From NCBI GenBank assembly GCA_050178385.1, contig JBFXGD010000035.1, positions 1 through 26,361 of the forward strand: DNA of 26,361 bases, read 5' to 3'. This document shows, in pieces, positions 1 to 9,054 of the stretch. The number at the start of each line of letters is the position of its first letter. The stretch's first letter is position 1. Position numbers and translations under genes: made by a program. Under the pieces are notes generated by a model. It saw only the letters and a program-made list of their open reading frames with translations. It had not been told where the DNA came from and did not search any database. Origin of the DNA: Calditrichaceae bacterium (GTDB lineage: Bacteria > Calditrichota > Calditrichia > Calditrichales > JBFXGD01).

Positions 1-10
1 TAAATCAATC

Positions 11-50
11 AAAAAAAAAGAGACGCGATTATTAGCGTCTCTTTTTTTTT
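11..50. terminator. Bidirectional intrinsic terminator downstream of the aminopeptidase gene
   Basis: GAGACGC (20-26) / GCGTCTC (35-41) stem with 8-nt loop, flanked by A9 and T9 runs; 17 nt past the stop of the minus-strand ORF ending at 68. Confidence 0.85.
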
Positions 51-67
51 ATCCTTGTGCCTGGTGC

Positions 68-1303
68 TTACCACTTTGAATCAGATTCGGTTTTTCGTGC
101 AATTTTATGCTCTTCCGGAACCACCCAGATATTATCACGGATCTCCAGCTTTACATCATCCAGATAAACAGCTCGTCCCGTGCCTCCCGGCCGAAAATCT
201 GTCACGATATCCACATGCTGAGCCGACCGGTTAAGAACTCCCTGCTTAAAAAAGGTATCTGCCTCGGATTTCCCAGCGTCAGATGAGGGATCACCAACAT
301 AACATTCGGGATAACTCGCACCTATCGCTATATGAAGTGTACCACCGACTTTTTCAACAAACAGAGGATGTTTGAGCACCTCTTCAATACCGTTGTTCAT
401 TCCCAAAGCAACTTCACCGAGACGGTGTGAACCCTCATCTGTTTCAATTATCTTCTGCAGGTTTTCAAAACCCTTATCCGATTTATATTCCACAATTTTT
501 CCGCCTTGAAATTTAAGATAAATTCCCTGGATCGTCGTGCCGCCATAAGAAACCGGCAGGTCAACAAAAATTTCGCCTTCAACGGTAGGCGCGTTCGGGC
601 TTGTAAACACTTCCCCGTCAGGGAAATTTCGCTTTCCGGTACATTTGATGACATTGCGTTTATTTATATCCATCTTAAGTTCAAGCATTTTTCCGGTATG
701 CGGATGCTCGCTCTCAATCCGGATTTTTGAACTACGGTTCATTAACTGGTAAATATCCTCTTCCACATTATCCAACAGGCGCGGGTCAACCATGGAAGCA
801 TTCACCACTACCCTGGTGTATTTTTCCAAAGTCATACCTTCCATATCGGCAAATCCCTGTGTCGGAAACAATGTCAGAACCCATGGTTTGATCAGACGTA
901 TGTTTTTTACGGGTTCATCTACACGCATGATGGCCTGGGCTGTTTTATCAGGTACCCCGGAATACAATGACGGATTCTCAGCCCCAAGAATTTCTATATA
1001 TTTTGTCATGGCATCGTAACGGTCCTTATGCCATGAAGAGACCCGATCGATTTGTTCAACCGAACCGTGACGGGCCATAGATGCGCCCCACACTTTACCA
1101 CGGTCATTATCCGGCGCGACAATATTCACATCGGCTATCCCCCCTGCCGCGAAAATTTTATCCTGTAAAACCGACATGAGCGGCCAGGTGATATGCTCCC
1201 CCTTTATCATAATGACATCTTCTTTTTGCACGCCTCCCAACGAATAATCCAACAGATAATCCGCCCAGGTTTCAAGTTCTTTTTGAGTGATTTTTGCGCT
1301 CAT
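68..1303 (-). CDS. Thermophilic metalloprotease family (M29, AmpS/PepS/aminopeptidase T-like) aminopeptidase
   Basis: 411 aa; M29 metal-ligand motifs NFPDGEVFT, LGEVALG, FVEKVGGTLHIAIGASY, SAQHVDIV; SD AGGAG just upstream of ATG. Confidence 0.9.
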   Translation of the reverse strand: MSAKITQKELETWADYLLDYSLGGVQKEDVIMIKGEHITWPLMSVLQDKIFAAGGIADVNIVAPDNDRGKVWGASMARHGSVEQIDRVSSWHKDRYDAMTKYIEILGAENPSLYSGVPDKTAQAIMRVDEPVKNIRLIKPWVLTLFPTQGFADMEGMTLEKYTRVVVNASMVDPRLLDNVEEDIYQLMNRSSKIRIESEHPHTGKMLELKMDINKRNVIKCTGKRNFPDGEVFTSPNAPTVEGEIFVDLPVSYGGTTIQGIYLKFQGGKIVEYKSDKGFENLQKIIETDEGSHRLGEVALGMNNGIEEVLKHPLFVEKVGGTLHIAIGASYPECYVGDPSSDAGKSEADTFFKQGVLNRSAQHVDIVTDFRPGGTGRAVYLDDVKLEIRDNIWVVPEEHKIARKTESDSKW

Positions 1304-1626
1304 ATGTACTCCTAAGGATTTTATAAGATAGACCTTTAGATCAACAAAGATTTTACAACTGTAAGGCTAAAGAATTAATTTCAAAAAATCAAATTTTATC
1401 GACAAGGATAACAGGAAGAAAGAACGTTAATAGTGTAAGAGTTAAGAGTGGGAGATTCATTCCTTGTGTGACGGAATTATTTGGAATGAAAATTTTGTCC
1501 GGGAAGAATAAATTTAATAACGGTAAAAACTTCCGTGAGTTTTGTTTCTGACCCGCTCCTGCCTGTTTAACCCGACATTCAATCACCTCGGAAATAATAT
1601 AAAAATTCAGGTTACACAATTTCTAT

Positions 1627-4600
1627 CTAAAAAAAGGCCCGGATTTCAGCCTGTCCTGTGTGGATGACATTCTTCGCGTTCGCGTCGTCCCGCCCGTTGT
1701 AGAAAAGTGTGAACACAATATTTTTTGCCACCGTATATTCCGCTCTTAACTGCCACTTTTTAGATATACCCTCCTTTTTTCCGTTAGCCATCTCATATGG
1801 CACTGAGAGCCCAAGTGGATTTTCGATCGTGTTTACAGTCTGGTATTCATATTCTGCGCTTATCCTTCCTTTACCCGGAATGGAGTAATTGATCCTGTTT
1901 CTAAGAACTCCGAACCACAAAACGAGCGGATAAGTTGAAACATAATTATGTTCTCTGCCATATTCCGGTTCAATCCCAAACTCCCAACGATCGGTGGGAC
2001 GATAGGAAAATTTTTGATTTACATACCAGCCCAAAATATCCCTGTTTCGCAATGTGTTTGATCGGCTTTCCCTTGACGTGAGTTTCTGGCTGAATTCAGT
2101 CTGGCTTTTCAGATCAGATATGATTCTCCAGTCCGCCCGGATCCCCCTTTCAATGAGCAGCTGATCTTCATTTTCATTGGGATCGAGATACTGATTAGAG
2201 CGGTCATCTCTGTAACGGTAGCGGAGCCGAAAAGACAAATCCCTGTTGCGCCTAAGGAGATATAGATCCTGATTGTATATAATACTCCCGCGAATGGTCT
2301 GGTCTCCCTGGAAATCGGATAAATTTAGCGTATAGATGGAAGTCAAATCCGTCTCCCTGGTTTCTTCTTCCACACGGAAATAACTTTCCCCGCTGACATT
2401 GGATAAAATTTTACTAAGATTGCCGGCCGGTCTTCTCCAGAATTTTGACGGATCATAGGTTACCCGAAAAGCTGTTTGTAGATTAGTGACCGGTTCGAAT
2501 TTATCGGAAGGAACAATGTACAGATTGAAATTACCATCCGGATCGGGCACGTATTCATCAAGCGCCTCATCATATCTTAAATTTCCGTCGCCTTCCCCCA
2601 CATCGAGATATATTTTTTCTTTTAAGGCCGTTTGCTCTGTTGAAATTTTGTACTGCATCGAGAAATTAACCGCTTTTTTCCACCTGGAATGGGTGAGATT
2701 AAAATCAATCAGATTCGTTTCCCTGTCCTGCCAGGTGGTGTCCTGGACGGACGCGTCGGCATACTGCAATTTAAGGGTATCCACTTTGATATTTTCGAAA
2801 AATGGTTTATAGTCTTTGTTACGCTGAACAATTTCAAGACTCGCGGATGTCTCCTCATAGTTTTGCAAATCAATCCGGAAGCGGCGTGTCGCGGTAGTCG
2901 ACTGCGGAAGAAGTCTGCCTCTTTCTTCAATATCATAAACAGCGTCTTCCCTCATGTTGTACTGAACATATCCGCTGATATACCGCATTTCGATCAGCCC
3001 TAAACGGATTCCGTAATCATCAAATTCAAACCCGGTTAAGGTCCCGTTTTTATCGGTTTGACGCTGTTCATAGTTATAGAGAAGATTCGGCTGTAATTTC
3101 CAGATATCTTTTCTAATATCTCCCTCATACCTTACCCAGTCGTCTTTTGTCAGGCTGCTGCCGGTTTCACTGCCGACAAATTCGTATTTGGCGTTTCCGG
3201 TAAAAAGATCCTTATCATCAAAATTCAGCTTGCCCATGTATCGTTTTGAAGAAAAATCTGTTTTATCAAGAATTCCGGCATTCCCCGCCAGCTTCAGACT
3301 TTTCATCGGGCGATAATTTCCGTTCAGCTGATAACTCCGTTCTTCGGATGACTGCCCGGAAGCCGTTCCAAAATTCCAGTATCTCTGATAATCGGGTTCG
3401 TTAAAACGGTCGACCGATTCAAAAGTGTCGTCTATAAAACGCGTATCCAGCGAAAGATCCATCACACCCAGCCTGGCCGACCCGATGTTAACCGGAATCT
3501 CATTTAATTCGCTTTTTATATTTAGGGCATTGCCCGTGTTATCTTTATCATCCAATGAGGAAAATGTATTCTTGTCAAGCTGACTCATCGCATATTCGGC
3601 ATTCATGCTGAAATGCTTTCCGGGCTTCCAGCCGATCTTCGCATCGGCAAGATTATGAGATGCCGGCAATGGAAGAAAACGACGCGGCAGATATTCTCCC
3701 TTACCGATTCCAACCCATCTGTATACCCCAAGCCGATCACGTGAATAATCGCCTTTCTTGCTCCCGACCAATGAAAAAATCACACTGTAATTCCCGGCTT
3801 TACTGCCCACATATTTATAATAGGAATACGACTCGTTATTGATTAATGTGTCCACCTTTACATAGGAACCGGCGCTATCAGAAACCTGTGTTGCCCCGGT
3901 CGTATACGCTTCAAGCGGATCATCTCCTGACTGACGGAGGATTTCTTTTTCCTCTTCAGTAAGAGTGCCGCCTTCTTCAAGAACCCGGTCTTTATCGTCA
4001 AATTCTCTGTAGTACTGGAATCTGTAGTTCAGCTTTCCTTCCGCGGCGGCTCCGCCAATCATACCGCTGTATACATTCCGGCTGTAATCCTGCGTGGCCG
4101 GAAAATATTCAAAATCGACTTCTATCCGTGAATCTCCCGTAATCATGCGTCTGTTTGTAAAAGTTATCTGACCATTACCATACTCGATCACATAATCGTT
4201 ACTTTCTCCCCTTGTCATCTTCTGTCCGTCAACCCAAACTCTTTCGGTACCTGCCAGAACAATAATTTCTCTTTCACCGTTTTTACCGGTCAGTTGATAT
4301 GGCCCCTGGTTGCCTTCCCGGCCAATCAGTGAATTCCGGTTAAAATAACCGCGTGTTGTTGCTATCGTCGCGCCGGCGGTATGAGAATCGTATGCCCCGT
4401 TTAAGGTGATTCCCTGCAATTTTCTCGAGAGATTGGCAAATTGAGTATTATCGTAAGTCAGATTCAAATCGCCCACCGTGCCTCCGATATGCGGACTGCG
4501 GAATTCGACAAACACTTTATCCACTTCATCGAGGGTCTGAGTATTACCTTCCGGCTGAATGGGAGTTGATTCATCCGTCAGCGCGGCGACAATTTCCACA

Positions 4601-5178
4601 TTTTCCGTTAACTGGCCTGAAAGTTCAAGGTTGAGACCGGAGTTTAATGTAAGATCCTGGTTTGTACCGATCTTGACACCGCGCATAATACTTCCGCTTT
4701 TATTTAATCCCGGTGTAAAATCAGTAAAAGGATTTTCAAATTTTATTTCCCTCAGCCGGACCGTTTCCCTTTTCGCTATAGCTGAATCACCGGCCGATTG
4801 CTGTCGAAGTGTGTCTTTCTCAAAGAGGAAATATTTTTTTTTCAGATTCAATGGCTGGCGTTTATAATTTATTATAAGAGTGTCACTTTTTGACGGAGGC
4901 GGGAAAAAACGGATGAAATTCTCATCATAAATCCTGTAGTCCAGTTCTTCTCGAAGCAAATCACTATTTTTATAAATCCTGAGGGATTGCAGTAAGGGCC
5001 GATGAGTTTCAGGAAAAGTGAAAATGAAGTCTGGGTGATCAACAACAATCAAACTATCCACCTGCCAGCGATATAGGGGGATATACGTTTGAGCAAGAGA
5101 AGGCTTTTCAAACAGAAAACATGTTCCTGCCAGAACAAGCGCGAAAAGTATCCGGGGAAATTTTGCTTGCTGCTTCAC
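1627..5178 (-). CDS. Large secreted, probable outer-membrane beta-barrel protein of unknown function (FCB-type conserved hypothetical)
   Basis: 1183 aa, GTG start; Sec signal peptide (…PSLA|Q); many amphipathic beta-strand segments; C-terminal BAM-type signature AEIRAFF; conserved-looking N-terminal block GSIMRGVKIGTNQD…PIQPEGNTQTL. Confidence 0.75.
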   Translation of the reverse strand: MKQQAKFPRILFALVLAGTCFLFEKPSLAQTYIPLYRWQVDSLIVVDHPDFIFTFPETHRPLLQSLRIYKNSDLLREELDYRIYDENFIRFFPPPSKSDTLIINYKRQPLNLKKKYFLFEKDTLRQQSAGDSAIAKRETVRLREIKFENPFTDFTPGLNKSGSIMRGVKIGTNQDLTLNSGLNLELSGQLTENVEIVAALTDESTPIQPEGNTQTLDEVDKVFVEFRSPHIGGTVGDLNLTYDNTQFANLSRKLQGITLNGAYDSHTAGATIATTRGYFNRNSLIGREGNQGPYQLTGKNGEREIIVLAGTERVWVDGQKMTRGESNDYVIEYGNGQITFTNRRMITGDSRIEVDFEYFPATQDYSRNVYSGMIGGAAAEGKLNYRFQYYREFDDKDRVLEEGGTLTEEEKEILRQSGDDPLEAYTTGATQVSDSAGSYVKVDTLINNESYSYYKYVGSKAGNYSVIFSLVGSKKGDYSRDRLGVYRWVGIGKGEYLPRRFLPLPASHNLADAKIGWKPGKHFSMNAEYAMSQLDKNTFSSLDDKDNTGNALNIKSELNEIPVNIGSARLGVMDLSLDTRFIDDTFESVDRFNEPDYQRYWNFGTASGQSSEERSYQLNGNYRPMKSLKLAGNAGILDKTDFSSKRYMGKLNFDDKDLFTGNAKYEFVGSETGSSLTKDDWVRYEGDIRKDIWKLQPNLLYNYEQRQTDKNGTLTGFEFDDYGIRLGLIEMRYISGYVQYNMREDAVYDIEERGRLLPQSTTATRRFRIDLQNYEETSASLEIVQRNKDYKPFFENIKVDTLKLQYADASVQDTTWQDRETNLIDFNLTHSRWKKAVNFSMQYKISTEQTALKEKIYLDVGEGDGNLRYDEALDEYVPDPDGNFNLYIVPSDKFEPVTNLQTAFRVTYDPSKFWRRPAGNLSKILSNVSGESYFRVEEETRETDLTSIYTLNLSDFQGDQTIRGSIIYNQDLYLLRRNRDLSFRLRYRYRDDRSNQYLDPNENEDQLLIERGIRADWRIISDLKSQTEFSQKLTSRESRSNTLRNRDILGWYVNQKFSYRPTDRWEFGIEPEYGREHNYVSTYPLVLWFGVLRNRINYSIPGKGRISAEYEYQTVNTIENPLGLSVPYEMANGKKEGISKKWQLRAEYTVAKNIVFTLFYNGRDDANAKNVIHTGQAEIRAFF

Positions 5179-6086
5179 TAATCAGTCAGGGTTCCGATTA
5201 TAAGTTCATTTTCATCGATAATATAGAGAGTCTGGCTTTTCACTCCTCCGCCGGATCCGCGCCAGACCGCTGCATCTTGCGGATGTTTAAGTGGTAATCC
5301 GGATATGTTTTTGACTTCGCTAATACTTTTTAGATCATCTGATATCACAAATATTTTTCCGGCTCCCGGATCTGAAACAAAAATTCTTCCTTTATCGGAA
5401 ACCGCGAGACCCCGAGGAATTTTGAATTCTTTATGTTTTATCTCTCCAAGATAATTCCCGAAATTGTCAAATTGAATGATCGACCTGCGCCCAATATCAG
5501 TCACGATAAGGCGGTTGTCCGGTAGTATATCAAGTTGTTCGGGCTGTCTTAATTCTCCCTGTCCTGACTCGTAAGATCCAAAGGAACGCTCCGGTCTGCT
5601 GTCGCGATTAAATTTTATAATTTTATTATCACCCCGGTCAAGCATGAACAAATCATTCTGAGAACTAACAGCGATGCTGCTGATCTCAAAAAAATGAAAT
5701 TCATCAGAATAGGATGGGTTACTCGTTAAGGTGGAAATAAAATTCATATTTCTGTCATATCTTTGCAGTCTCTGATTGTTATAATCGGCCACGTAAATAT
5801 TGATCAGTGAACGGGTCCATATATCTGTCGGTGTATCGAACTGATCGTTCTGAAAACCAAATCCGCCAACCGTTTTTATCAATTCCCCTTTCAGATCAAA
5901 TAGCTGAATTCTGTTGTTACCGGTATCCACAACGTAAACGGTACCATCCTTTGATACACTGACCGCCAGTGGTTTATTAAATTTACCCGGTTCCCGGCCT
6001 TCGCCTCCGATACGCGCCAGTTCTTCAAAATTTTGTCCGAACAGCAGTGAAAAAAGCAGGAATTGCAAAATTATTACCAATCTCAA
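5178..6086 (-). CDS. Secreted NHL-repeat (six-bladed beta-propeller) protein
   Basis: Signal peptide MRLVIILQFLLFSLLFG|Q; NHL repeats GKFNKPLAVSVSKDGTVYVVDTGNNRIQLFD, FDTPTDIW…YVADYNNQRLQRYD, PRGLAVSDKGRIFVSD; TTG start with AAGGAAGG upstream; stop overlaps next start by 1 nt (TAGTG). Confidence 0.85.
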   Translation of the reverse strand: MRLVIILQFLLFSLLFGQNFEELARIGGEGREPGKFNKPLAVSVSKDGTVYVVDTGNNRIQLFDLKGELIKTVGGFGFQNDQFDTPTDIWTRSLINIYVADYNNQRLQRYDRNMNFISTLTSNPSYSDEFHFFEISSIAVSSQNDLFMLDRGDNKIIKFNRDSRPERSFGSYESGQGELRQPEQLDILPDNRLIVTDIGRRSIIQFDNFGNYLGEIKHKEFKIPRGLAVSDKGRIFVSDPGAGKIFVISDDLKSISEVKNISGLPLKHPQDAAVWRGSGGGVKSQTLYIIDENELIIGTLTD

Positions 6087-6227
6087 GAGGCCTTCCTTTC
6101 TTTTTTATGAATCTAAATGATCCGGCTGATCAATTCAAGTCAAGCTTTGTATATATATTTTGAGAAATTTATTATCAATGCGGATTAAATACCAGATGGA
6201 AAACGATTTGCGCATGGAGACTGATCT

Positions 6228-6265
6228 AAAAACGAAAAGCGCAGGCGGCCTAAGCCACCCACGCT
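6228..6265 (-). terminator. Intrinsic terminator after the DUF2892 gene
   Basis: Minus strand AGCGTGGGTGGC-TTAG-GCCGCCTGCGCT, 12-bp stem that closes fully only with G-U pairs on this strand, followed by TTTCGTTTTT. Confidence 0.8.
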
Positions 6266-6294
6266 AATCTTGGGGGGGATCTTTACAAAAAAAT

Positions 6295-6471
6295 TTATTG
6301 TTTTTTTCTGAATACGCGGGTCACCGCGAGTTTTCCCGGACAAAAACTTGAGAGTCCTGTTAACAATGGCAGCAGTCCAATCCATCCAAGTTGTGTTTTG
6401 GGTCCGATAAAAGCCAGTGATATAAGTATTAGTCCGGCAATGATTCTGATTATCCGCTCAGTATTTCCCAC
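6295..6471 (-). CDS. DUF2892/YgaP-like small inner-membrane protein (5' end atypical; possibly eroded)
   Basis: VGNTERIIRIIAGLILISLAFIGPKTQLGWIGLLPLLTGLSSFCP matches the DUF2892 pattern (VG..DR..R..G…G.IGL.PL.TG…CP); likely GTG start at 6471 because the TTG at 6543 lies inside a predicted -10 box. Confidence 0.65.
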   Translation of the reverse strand: MGNTERIIRIIAGLILISLAFIGPKTQLGWIGLLPLLTGLSSFCPGKLAVTRVFRKKQ

Positions 6472-6540
6472 TTTTTCTTCTCTAGGATTTAGTAGTGATT
6501 CATTACAATTATATTTGATGCGTGGAGTTTGTTCAGGATA

Positions 6541-6571
6541 CAAAATTAATTATGACAGAATTATTGATCAA
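6541..6571 (-). promoter_or_regulatory. Predicted sigma70-type promoter for the DUF2892 gene
   Basis: TTGATC (6571-6566) - 17 nt - TAATTT(TG) (6548-6541). Confidence 0.5.
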
Positions 6572-6608
6572 AAAACAAAAAAGGCCGGTAAAAAATTTTA
6601 CCGGCCTT
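6571..6608 (-). terminator. Intrinsic terminator of the rplU-rpmA operon
   Basis: AAGGCCGGTAAAA / TTTTACCGGCCTT perfect inverted repeat (6581-6608), followed on the minus strand by TTTTGTTTTTT; 22 nt after the rpmA stop. Confidence 0.9.
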
Positions 6609-6630
6609 AATGTTTTCAAAATATTTTGCG

Positions 6631-6888
6631 CTATGCTTCCGGATAAACACTTACCTTTTTGCGGTCGCGGTCTTTCCGTTCAAATTTTACAAACCCGTCA
6701 ATTTTAGCGAAAATGGTATCATCTCCACCCAAACCGACGTTATTACCGGGATGAATTCTAGTTCCGCGTTGACGGATGATGATAGAACCGGCTGTAACAA
6801 ATTCACCGCCAAATGCTTTAACTCCGAGGCGCTTGGACTGACTGTCGCGTCCGTTTCTGGAACTACCCACACCTTTCTTATGTGCCAT
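6631..6888 (-). CDS. rpmA: 50S ribosomal protein bL27
   Basis: [24 protein letters not shown]…[19 protein letters not shown] is canonical L27; SD GGAGG at end of rplU. Confidence 0.99.
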   Translation of the reverse strand: MAHKKGVGSSRNGRDSQSKRLGVKAFGGEFVTAGSIIIRQRGTRIHPGNNVGLGGDDTIFAKIDGFVKFERKDRDRKKVSVYPEA

Positions 6889-6889
6889 T

Positions 6890-7270
6890 TTACGCCTCCT
6901 TTACTTCTTCTTTTTCATCGGCTTTGGCTTTTGCAGTTTTTGCTTTAGCTGCTTTAACCTTTCCGATTGCGTCTATTTTAATCATCGAAAAATCCTGGCG
7001 ATGACCATTCTTTTTCTGATAACCCTTACGGCGTTTTTTCTTAAAAACGATAATCTTCTTTTCACGGCCGTGTTCAACAACGGTAGCAGATACCTTTATA
7101 TCTTTTACGGTCGGCTTACCAATCTGAACTTCGCCTTTTTCATCGTTATAAATGAGTACTTTTTCAAACTCAACCTGATCACCGTTTTGAGCGTGCTGCA
7201 AAGGAACTTTTACTCTTTTGTCCTTCTCAACCCGATATTGTTTTCCGGCAATTTCAACAATCGCGTACAT
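6890..7270 (-). CDS. rplU: 50S ribosomal protein bL21 with Ala/Lys-rich C-terminal tail
   Basis: [14 protein letters not shown]…[21 protein letters not shown] is canonical L21; SD GGGGAG; adjacent to rpmA. Confidence 0.99.
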   Translation of the reverse strand: MYAIVEIAGKQYRVEKDKRVKVPLQHAQNGDQVEFEKVLIYNDEKGEVQIGKPTVKDIKVSATVVEHGREKKIIVFKKKRRKGYQKKNGHRQDFSMIKIDAIGKVKAAKAKTAKAKADEKEEVKEA

Positions 7271-7307
7271 TCTATCTCCCCTAGCTTGGATACAAAAAAT
7301 TGAGCAT

Positions 7308-7338
7308 CAAATTTAAGTCTTGTGTCAAACATTGTCAA
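7308..7338 (-). promoter_or_regulatory. Sigma70-type promoter of rplU-rpmA
   Basis: Consensus TTGACA (7338-7333) - 17 nt - TAAATT(TG) (7315-7308), about 40 nt upstream of the rplU ATG. Confidence 0.75.
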
Positions 7339-7339
7339 G

Positions 7340-8881
7340 TTATTTTTTGATCTCTATGGACGATTTATTTAATCTGTCATAAAATGCAAATTCGCCAACC
7401 TTTAACTTTTCGTCTTTTGTCACATTTATTTTCATCCAGTATTTCCACATGAGTTTTAGACGGCGGTTGTATCTTCCTGTGACAAGATAGCGGTGGACAT
7501 CAGGAGTTACGCGCAGCGTGACCCGTCGGTCTCCGCCACCGGCGCGGTATCTTTGGATCCAGCGTTCAATTTTGCTCACGATTGTATTTAAGGTTGGAAT
7601 AAGACCGCTTCCCTTGCAAACCGGGCATGCTTCATTGATTGAATGTATGACGCTTGGCCGTACCCGCTGACGTGTCATCTCTATCAGACCGAACCGGCTC
7701 AGTTCTTCAATTTTTGTGATGGACCGGTCTTTTGCGAATTCCTTTTTAAGTTCCATATAAATTTTACGTTTGTTGTCTTCTTCCAAAACGTCAATCAGAT
7801 CCATAACAATCAACCCGCCGAGATCTCTTAACCGCGCCTGACGGGCAATCTCTCTTGTTGCTTCCATGTTGATTTTAAGCGAATTCGACTCATGATCTTT
7901 CCTGCCGATAAATTTACCGCTGTTCACATCAATCGCCACAAGCGCTTCCGTTTGCTGAATAATGAGATAACCGCCATTTTTAAGCCAGACCTTATTGTCA
8001 GTCAGTTTATCGATTTCAGCTTCGATCCCGAACTTGTCAAAGATCGGGATTTTGTCAGCATAATACGTCACCTTATGGCTCAGCTGCGGCGCGACATATT
8101 TTACATAGGCCAGAATCTCCCGCATTAGCTTTCTGGAATCAACCATAACCTGATCAACATCCGCGGTGAACAGATCCCGGATAATGCTCGATGCCATTGC
8201 CATATCTTTATAAATTAATGTCGGCGCGTTCTGGTTTTTTATTTTTTTCTCCAGCTTTCTCCAGGTTGACAGCAATTTATTGAGATCTTTTTTAATTTCC
8301 CGGTCACTCTTGCTTTCTGCCACAGTGCGAATAATCAGGCCAAAGTTCCCCGGCAATATCTGCCTTGCTATTTCACGAAGACGTTTACGCTCTTTCTGAT
8401 TGCTTATTTTCCGTGAAACGCCAATCTGTTTCTGATTTGGTATTAAAACCAGATACCGCCCCGGAAGGGTGATGTCGCTTGTGACACGGCACCCTTTTGT
8501 ACCGATAGGTTCTTTAATTATCTGTACCAGGATATCCTGGCCTTTTTTCAACTGCTTTTCAACACTAAAACCGCTATTGCCTTTTTTCTTCTTCTTTGTT
8601 GGTTTTGAATTGTTTTCATCTTCCTCATCATAGTCTATAAAATAGTCCTGATATGAGGCGGAAATATCTGAAAAATGCAAAAAGGCATTCTGTTCATGGC
8701 CAATATCGATAAAAGCTGCCTGCATACCGGGAAGCACCCGGCTTACAGAGCCTTTATAAATATCACCCACCATTCGTTCATATTCCGGTCTCTCAACAAA
8801 CAATTCAACCAGTTTTGAATCTTCAAGTATGGCAATCCGCGTTTCTTCATTCGTCGCGTTTATTATTATTTCTTTTGTCAT
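7340..8881 (-). CDS. rng: Rne/Rng family ribonuclease (RNase G-sized, no long C-terminal scaffold)
   Basis: S1 domain VGDIYKGSVSRVLPGMQAAFIDIG; catalytic IDVNSG and RLRDLGGLIVMDLID; Zn-link CPVCKG; start moved to ATG 8881 (MTKEIIINA) behind SD GAGG, 513 aa. Confidence 0.9.
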   Translation of the reverse strand: MTKEIIINATNEETRIAILEDSKLVELFVERPEYERMVGDIYKGSVSRVLPGMQAAFIDIGHEQNAFLHFSDISASYQDYFIDYDEEDENNSKPTKKKKKGNSGFSVEKQLKKGQDILVQIIKEPIGTKGCRVTSDITLPGRYLVLIPNQKQIGVSRKISNQKERKRLREIARQILPGNFGLIIRTVAESKSDREIKKDLNKLLSTWRKLEKKIKNQNAPTLIYKDMAMASSIIRDLFTADVDQVMVDSRKLMREILAYVKYVAPQLSHKVTYYADKIPIFDKFGIEAEIDKLTDNKVWLKNGGYLIIQQTEALVAIDVNSGKFIGRKDHESNSLKINMEATREIARQARLRDLGGLIVMDLIDVLEEDNKRKIYMELKKEFAKDRSITKIEELSRFGLIEMTRQRVRPSVIHSINEACPVCKGSGLIPTLNTIVSKIERWIQRYRAGGGDRRVTLRVTPDVHRYLVTGRYNRRLKLMWKYWMKINVTKDEKLKVGEFAFYDRLNKSSIEIKK

Positions 8882-9054
8882 AGTAGCACATTTTCCTCTT
8901 TTCACAAAGACCTCAGTCTTTAGGATCTGATTCGGACTTCCCGGGAATAATTTGATCAAATTTAATCAAAGTTCCCGGCGAAATTTGGGACAAATATCAC
9001 CGCACGTAACTTTTTTTTAAAAAAAAAGAGGGAAATTACAGGATACCAGATTTT

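Noticed and set aside
1389..1619. 76-aa minus-strand ORF in the intergenic gap
   Set aside because: No SD or recognisable motif; its hydrophobic tail is produced by the pyrimidine-rich repeat tract.
6631..7270. No prp (ysxB) gene between rplU and rpmA, and an extended L21 tail
   Set aside because: Normal outside Firmicutes and relatives; L27 has no N-terminal extension to cleave, and Ala/Lys tails on L21 are common.
8882..8959. N-terminal extension of the RNase ORF (MIKLFPGSP…) in the ORF track
   Set aside because: Family similarity begins at MTKEIIINA, which has its own SD; the extension overlaps the leader hairpins.
9011..9027. T8-A9 homopolymer palindrome upstream of rng as a phase-variation tract
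   Set aside because: Non-coding, not within a supported promoter spacer; such runs are frequent in the AT-rich intergenic DNA here.
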